This document shows positions 26,702 to 31,171 of a stretch of DNA of 31,171 nucleotides, one piece after another. The notes beneath the pieces are model-generated. The model did no database searches and was not told where the DNA came from. It was given only the letters and a program-made list of their open reading frames with translations. The stretch covers positions 1-31,171 of IMG/VR virus record IMGVR_UViG_3300032330_000367. One strand, given 5' to 3'. The DNA is from a virus. Lineage: Duplodnaviria; Caudoviricetes. A program made the position numbers and the translations under genes. The number at the start of each line of letters is the position of its first letter. The first letter of the stretch is position 1.

Positions 26702-27949
26702 TTAATCCTTGACGTGAATCGTTTTGCCGTTCTCTGCAACACAATCGTTTCCTCCTACGATCGCCCACAGTACAGGCGCAGTCCACTCGCTACCCCAGTC
26801 GCTACCGACATACCCATCGGTTAGTACGATGACGCACTCAGGTACGATGCGTTTGTCTTTCAGATACTCTGATACACATGAGGGTGATGTACCACCACCG
26901 CCTCTAGGTTTAGTAGAGTTGATAATGTCGCCCACCATGTTCTCGGTGTACTCCTCGTGTCCGGCTACCTGACTGTCCCAATAGATCAAGTCCACTTGGC
27001 TCGGCTTAACTTCTTCTGCGATACCCCTAACTTCTGTTAGGAAGCCCGACAGCTCTTCTTGGCCTACTGAACCTGACGTATCCACAGCCACAACCAAGTG
27101 ACCTACCTTCTCACCAATCAAGCTAGGCATGTAAGTACCGGCAGACAAGAATCTGCGGTTAACCCTACGCCACGATGACGTATCCTTTGCGCTACATGTT
27201 GACTTCACAAACTCACGCAACATCTCACGCCAATCAACTTTTGGTTCGAGCAAGTCAAGCAAGTCACGATCAAGCCCACCTGCACCAGTTCCCGCGATCT
27301 TCTGATGCGCCATTACCCCTTGACGAATAGCCTGATCTATCTCACGCTCAAGCTCTTTCTTCTCCGCCTCGGTCATTTCCTTCGCACCATCCCAGTCGTG
27401 TTCGTCAAAGCCTTCTTGCGTACCACTACCACTAGACCCACCGGACCCATTGCCTTCGCCTTCGTTGCTATTTTTGTCGCCTCTACTCTTCTGCTCATCC
27501 TTGAGTATGTCGAACACTTGCTTGGCGTTCATACCACGGAATCGCTCATCCACTAGACCCATGGCCTTACCTTTGAGTTCACCATCTGCCCACTTAGGCA
27601 TGGCAATGGTTCGCTCGCTTGGGTCTAAGTCTTTGAGCTTGAGGTTAATCACGTAGTCGCAAGCGGAATTGGCTAACCGGTGATTCTCGTCATGCAACTT
27701 ACGCCATGTGGTCAGGTGTCGAAACGCCTTGTGCAGATTCTCATGGAGTACCACGAAATTCAACTCGGGCTCTTTCAACTCAGCCACAAACTTGCGACCA
27801 TACTTCTCGTCACGACCATTGGTGCATGCCGTAGGGATATCATTCACTACGCTCGTACGACCAACCATCAAGATACCAGACCAAAGGGCAAACCTCGGGT
27901 CACGCATCAATGTGATCTTCGCCTTCTGAACTTTTCTTTCTTCTAACAT
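26702..27949 (-). CDS. Metallopeptidase-VWA protein (DUF2201-like)
   Basis: PTACTNG, HENLH (HEXXH), AN.ACDYVIN, MIDAS DTSGS, GGGGT and LTDG. Confidence 0.88.
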   Translation of the reverse strand: MLEERKVQKAKITLMRDPRFALWSGILMVGRTSVVNDIPTACTNGRDEKYGRKFVAELKEPELNFVVLHENLHKAFRHLTTWRKLHDENHRLANSACDYVINLKLKDLDPSERTIAMPKWADGELKGKAMGLVDERFRGMNAKQVFDILKDEQKSRGDKNSNEGEGNGSGGSSGSGTQEGFDEHDWDGAKEMTEAEKKELEREIDQAIRQGVMAHQKIAGTGAGGLDRDLLDLLEPKVDWREMLREFVKSTCSAKDTSSWRRVNRRFLSAGTYMPSLIGEKVGHLVVAVDTSGSVGQEELSGFLTEVRGIAEEVKPSQVDLIYWDSQVAGHEEYTENMVGDIINSTKPRGGGGTSPSCVSEYLKDKRIVPECVIVLTDGYVGSDWGSEWTAPVLWAIVGGNDCVAENGKTIHVKD

Positions 27950-27952
27950 TTG

Positions 27953-28168
27953 TTACCTTTCATTTAAAACATTTACTAACTTTTGACAAACTTCTCTGTC
28001 GGCATGCTCGAACAAAGTCTTGCACTCCTTTGTGTCGTATACACAATACCCAAGTATCTGTATCTGCAAAGTACCGCTTTCGTTGGGGTGTCGTTCAATC
28101 ACCCACCTAGCGATGTACCTACCCCTTCGCATTAGGTCTTCGGGGGTTGTTCCATTCAGTCCTAACAT
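27953..28168 (-). CDS. Hypothetical protein (71 aa)
   Basis: Both its ATG and its TAA are supplied by palindrome copies. Confidence 0.65.
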   Translation of the reverse strand: MLGLNGTTPEDLMRRGRYIARWVIERHPNESGTLQIQILGYCVYDTKECKTLFEHADREVCQKLVNVLNER

Positions 28169-28180
28169 TTGTTAGGTATC

Positions 28181-29245
28181 TCACAGTAGGTCTTGGTTCT
28201 TAACAACCCAGTCCTTGAACGCACTGCTTGAGAAAGCGATACTCTGCTTGGTTGGGTTCTTGGCAATGTTGATAGCGAACACGGCTTGCCACTCGGCATC
28301 GAATCGAGACAAGTACTCCATGAATGGGGCAATGGTTTCTTTCGTAATGCGAGCGATAGCACCGAACACCACAATGGCGCATGCACCCGGACTTGTAGGT
28401 ACGACAGTAGTCTTTGGCTCTTTGACAGTCGCCTCCCATGTAGGCAATTGATCTGAGAACTCAATGTAGGCTTGCATGTCACGCGCACCCGATTCACCAA
28501 TCGCACCAGTCAAAGCGGCAATCACCGAATCAGGGTCGTTGTCTTTGCGAGTCCGCACAATGTTCGATGCTGTCTCCAATGAGCGTGGTGATACGAACGC
28601 ATGCTGAGACTTGCGTGGGTTGTAGATGTATGGGTTGTCACCTTGTGCCGCATCGGTATAGCTTGCCAACACATGAGGGAAACGATTCACCCATGCAATC
28701 ACCTCGGGCTCGAGTCCCTTAGCAATCGCCCATTCAATCCATTGCTCGGCATCGGGCTTGGCAATCGTCACCGGAACCAGTCGGTTACGGCTATGTGCTT
28801 TGAGGTTGTCGCCAACTCCATCGGTCGTAAGATTACCAGTCAAAAACACTATGGTATTGCTCGACAATGGAATGTCACCCAAGCGTGGGTTTGCCTTCTC
28901 TAGCATGGGGTGAAGCATATTCTTCACAGGGTCTGCACCTTTGGTGAACTCGTCAAGCATGATGACCAATGGTTTGTTCTCATGGATACGGAAGCGGGCA
29001 TTGGGGTAATACCTTGTGGTCTTGGTATCGTGGTCGATCACAGGCATTGCGATGTCGCCTAAGTCCATATTGGGTACGTCGATATACGCATACTCAAAGC
29101 CCAGCTCACCTGCGATATTCTCTAGTAGGGAAGACTTACCGATGCCGGGCTCGCCTTGCAACAGGAAGCGGGTCGTTGGGTTTGTGCGAATGAGGTTAGC
29201 CGCTTGCTTGAGGGTAATTGATTTACCGAAATTAATTTCTGCCAT
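28181..29245 (-). CDS. MoxR/dynein-related AAA+ ATPase
   Basis: Walker A GEPGIGKS, Walker B IMLDE, sensor TGN, Arg finger RNR and SPRS. Confidence 0.9.
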   Translation of the reverse strand: MAEINFGKSITLKQAANLIRTNPTTRFLLQGEPGIGKSSLLENIAGELGFEYAYIDVPNMDLGDIAMPVIDHDTKTTRYYPNARFRIHENKPLVIMLDEFTKGADPVKNMLHPMLEKANPRLGDIPLSSNTIVFLTGNLTTDGVGDNLKAHSRNRLVPVTIAKPDAEQWIEWAIAKGLEPEVIAWVNRFPHVLASYTDAAQGDNPYIYNPRKSQHAFVSPRSLETASNIVRTRKDNDPDSVIAALTGAIGESGARDMQAYIEFSDQLPTWEATVKEPKTTVVPTSPGACAIVVFGAIARITKETIAPFMEYLSRFDAEWQAVFAINIAKNPTKQSIAFSSSAFKDWVVKNQDLL

Positions 29246-29341
29246 GATGTTCTTTCTAATACGCTGATAGTTCTAACATTTGTTAGGGATGCGGGTTGGT
29301 GCATCCCATTGCTACGGACACAATTATCCATAGCAACCTTT

Positions 29342-29370
29342 ATTATACCACAAAGTTATGGATATGTCAA
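29342..29370 (-). promoter_or_regulatory. Perfect sigma70 promoter TTGACA-N17-TATAAT
   Basis: Exact consensus hexamers and spacing, about 95 bp upstream of the AAA ATPase start. Confidence 0.92.
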
Positions 29371-29544
29371 TTATTTCGTGGGGCTCTCCTCTACAATTTT
29401 CTTTAGCCTACGCAAGTCCTCATCAACAATTGCAATTGCGGTGTCGAATCCTTTCCTACGCCCGAGGAAGTATCCTGTGTGATACACAATCCACATCAAC
29501 GCCAACAACTCCGCAGTCCAAAATAAAATCTCAAGATCAGTCAT
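29371..29544 (-). CDS. Small single-pass membrane protein (57 aa, not in ORF track)
   Basis: Hand-translated MTDLEILFWTAELLALMWIVYHTGYFLGRRKG...; ATGA overlap with the upstream gene. Confidence 0.65.
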   Translation of the reverse strand: MTDLEILFWTAELLALMWIVYHTGYFLGRRKGFDTAIAIVDEDLRRLKKIVEESPTK

Positions 29545-29702
29545 GCTTCACCTCTCAGTTTATAAAGTTTGATTTTCTTAAGCGTTGGGTACTTGGACAC
29601 GAATCGTTCCTTCGCCACCGCCTTGCTCTTCGCTTCGAGACTCTCGGCAATCCACATGCCGAACCGCCCACTCCACCCTGTCACATAGTACTTAGCTAAC
29701 AT
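29541..29702 (-). CDS. Small basic protein (53 aa, not in ORF track)
   Basis: Hand-translated MLAKYYVTGWSGRFGMWIAESLEAKSKAVAKERF...; the ATG lies inside a palindrome copy. Confidence 0.65.
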   Translation of the reverse strand: MLAKYYVTGWSGRFGMWIAESLEAKSKAVAKERFVSKYPTLKKIKLYKLRGEA

Positions 29703-29705
29703 TTG

Positions 29706-29900
29706 TTAGTTCCCCGTTAATAATTTGTAGTACGCAATTACCTCGTGCTCGTATCCCTGTGCTAGAAGCACTAGGTTGTTCTCGGGGTCAGGCACGCGCA
29801 GTCTTTCCTCGTGGTTACGCATGTATCTGTAATCCCGCTCGGGCACTCGAATCACCGCCCCAGTCCAAGGCACTCGGCACAAATACCATTGCTCACGCAT
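29706..29900 (-). CDS. Hypothetical protein
   Basis: 64 aa; the stop lies inside a palindrome copy. Confidence 0.7.
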   Translation of the reverse strand: MREQWYLCRVPWTGAVIRVPERDYRYMRNHEERLRVPDPENNLVLLAQGYEHEVIAYYKLLTGN

Positions 29901-30375
29901 CTTTACCCTCCTTGTGGTACTTGTCGTACGCCCATAGTCGTTTGCCTAACCAATAGACTTCGTTCTCGACAAACTCCCATGTCTTGTACTTGGCGCACTC
30001 GTGGTACTTGGGCGGGTCTTGGTCTGACCCCACCCTAATCAGCATCTCAACAATCGCAGGGCAAAAGTCACTCGAATGGGCGGTGTCAAAACCAAAGTAC
30101 CACCATCCATCCTTGTCCGCTTGTGAGTAAGTCAGCCCTCCATGCACATCGTCTTGGATTGCATCCATCTCATCGTTGCCTCCGTTGTAGTCCTCACCCC
30201 AGAATGTGTGTCCCTTGGGTATGCCCACATAACCACAAAGCGTACCTGTAATCGGGTTGCGCTTAATCCTGCACTTGTACCCACTCGGCTCTTGTATCCA
30301 CTCCGCATTGTCGGGCTCGTCTTCCCATGGTCTGACTGGGTAGAACAGTTTCATCTTCAGACTTGCTTCTAACAT
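29893..30375 (-). CDS. Phage protein with CGYV...HGGLT...GFDxAH motif
   Basis: Motif typical of a widespread uncharacterised phage family. The ATG lies inside a palindrome copy. Confidence 0.8.
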   Translation of the reverse strand: MLEASLKMKLFYPVRPWEDEPDNAEWIQEPSGYKCRIKRNPITGTLCGYVGIPKGHTFWGEDYNGGNDEMDAIQDDVHGGLTYSQADKDGWWYFGFDTAHSSDFCPAIVEMLIRVGSDQDPPKYHECAKYKTWEFVENEVYWLGKRLWAYDKYHKEGKDA

Positions 30376-30502
30376 TTGTTAGTTCCTTCCTAAAATTATT
30401 TCGTACCACTTGCCTTGCATCCAGTCGGCTAGCAAACCAACGGCTCAATCGTTGGGGCTCGTAGCCTTCACTCTCGTCTTGTAACAATCCCATCTTCAAC
30501 AT
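30263..30502 (-). CDS. Hypothetical protein (GLLQD...LSRWFAS..DAR)
   Basis: SD GGAGG upstream. The 3' part overlaps the next gene by 113 nt, so that tail is doubtful. Confidence 0.5.
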   Translation of the reverse strand: MLKMGLLQDESEGYEPQRLSRWFASRLDARQVVRNNFRKELTNVRSKSEDETVLPSQTMGRRARQCGVDTRAEWVQVQD

Positions 30503-30713
30503 GGTTCACCTCCAGTTTCATGTGTTTCTCAGTCAGGCTTGCCATTGCTTGCATAGCCCCATGGTCATCACTCTGCGCAACAATCCACCAAGCCTTTTCA
30601 TTTCCACGCTTCTTGGCAATGCCAACATAGTCGTACCACCTACGCTCAACCACAATGAAAAAGCCCGACTTCCCACGCAAGAGCATCCACTTCTTCTTGC
30701 GCCTCGGCATCAT
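30468..30713 (-). CDS. Hypothetical protein
   Basis: 81 aa with SD GGAGG and an ATGA overlap. Confidence 0.7.
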   Translation of the reverse strand: MMPRRKKKWMLLRGKSGFFIVVERRWYDYVGIAKKRGNEKAWWIVAQSDDHGAMQAMASLTEKHMKLEVNHVEDGIVTRRE

Positions 30714-30799
30714 GGCCTCCAGTAAAACAAATCAAGGGCTACGACAATCAAGCCGATCAGGAACACGGCTCGCTCGAACTTCTCAAACTTAGTCATCAT
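30710..30799 (-). CDS. 29-aa membrane peptide (…DLFYWRP)
   Basis: Start re-assigned to MMTKFEK after AGGAGG. Single hydrophobic helix. Confidence 0.65.
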   Translation of the reverse strand: MMTKFEKFERAVFLIGLIVVALDLFYWRP

Positions 30800-30911
30800 G
30801 CTCTTCCTCCTGCACATGTATGCGCACGATGCGTACGCCTTCAAAGATTTCAACCACTTCGTAGTCGATCTCGGCTTTGTCCAACAACTCATACATTTCC
30901 TTCGGTGTCAT
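30789..30911 (-). CDS. 40-aa acidic protein (not in ORF track)
   Basis: Hand-translated MTPKEMYELLDKAEIDYEVVEIFEGVRIVRIHVQEEEHDD; SD GGAG and ATGA overlap. Confidence 0.6.
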   Translation of the reverse strand: MTPKEMYELLDKAEIDYEVVEIFEGVRIVRIHVQEEEHDD

Positions 30912-31081
30912 TTGATCTCCCGCTTGCGTTGTATGGGTAACTCTTTGGTCAGCTCGTGCATCACGGGCTTGGACTCGGACACCTTCAATGTCTGCATCAC
31001 CTCACCTAACATTTGTAAGTAAGCAGTCTGCGTGACTGGCTTGGACAACTTGTCCACCTTCACATACTTCGGTCTCGTCAT
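30908..31081 (-). CDS. 57-aa protein (not in ORF track) containing a degenerate palindrome copy
   Basis: Hand-translated MTRPKYVKVDKLSKPVTQTAYLQMLGEV...; AAGGGG upstream. Confidence 0.55.
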   Translation of the reverse strand: MTRPKYVKVDKLSKPVTQTAYLQMLGEVMQTLKVSESKPVMHELTKELPIQRKREIK

Positions 31082-31171
31082 GGCTCAGCCCCTTAAATGT
31101 TTTTGGTTAGTCTGTTTGAGCGTTGTGTGTGCGCTCGTAGGCGTTACTAATTGATACGGCCCTTTGCCATA

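Larger units (their letters stand above)
22988..31019. promoter_or_regulatory. Dispersed 14-bp palindrome CTAACA-NN-TGTTAG, 10 copies starting at 22988, 24676, 25553, 26678, 27943, 28162, 29273, 29696, 30369 and 31006
   Basis: Read directly. CTAACA (+ strand) is invariant in all ten, with at most one mismatch in the other arm. I saw no full copy left of 22988. The regulatory role is inferred. Confidence 0.8.

Noticed and set aside
15370-27989. Exact 14-bp repeat CTAACTTTTGACAA at 15370 and 27976
   Set aside because: A single 14-mer pair is expected by chance in 31 kb, and the second copy is inside a CDS without promoter context. At most a degenerate half-site.
22988-31019. CRISPR array or true integron attC array
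   Set aside because: Repeats are only 14 bp with irregular spacing of 0.2-1.7 kb. There are no L boxes or long attC hairpins, and no cas or integron integrase gene lies in the window.
10752-31022. + strand ORFs opposite the minus-strand block (e.g. 18967-19614, 22160-22615, 29358-29699)
   Set aside because: They are antisense to tightly coupled minus-strand genes that have SD sites and motifs. 29358-29699 is displaced by two small minus-strand ORFs.

Overview
Internal 31-kb fragment of a tailed dsDNA phage genome (Caudoviricetes). It contains no capsid, terminase, integrase, rRNA, tRNA or CRISPR array. Two gene blocks converge at about 10.6 kb. The + strand (1-10574) encodes four probable virion/ejection proteins: a 5'-truncated Pro/Glu-repeat protein, a Gln-rich protein, a helical protein, and a 2184-aa protein with a HEXXH motif. 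The - strand (10656-31171) carries the replication module and a dense array of small early genes. Replication genes are a primase-DUF927-type helicase, an HTH protein, an SSB-like protein, an SNF2-like helicase, HNH, a PD-(D/E)XK nuclease, family-A DNA polymerase and VRR-NUC. The early array includes an AAA+ ATPase / HEXXH-VWA / DUF3150-like module. The most striking unexplained structure is non-coding. (i) Ten copies of a 14-bp palindrome CTAACA-NN-TGTTAG lie between 22988 and 31019, nearly all at gene junctions, often supplying the stop and/or start codon. (ii) Two sigma70-type promoters share a palindromic -35 box. (iii) A ~100-nt four-way-junction RNA leader and a 3' structured element bracket the SSB-primase operon and share GGGUUAG and anti-Shine-Dalgarno (ACUCUCCUU) motifs. 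All product names come from motif recognition by eye, not database searches.
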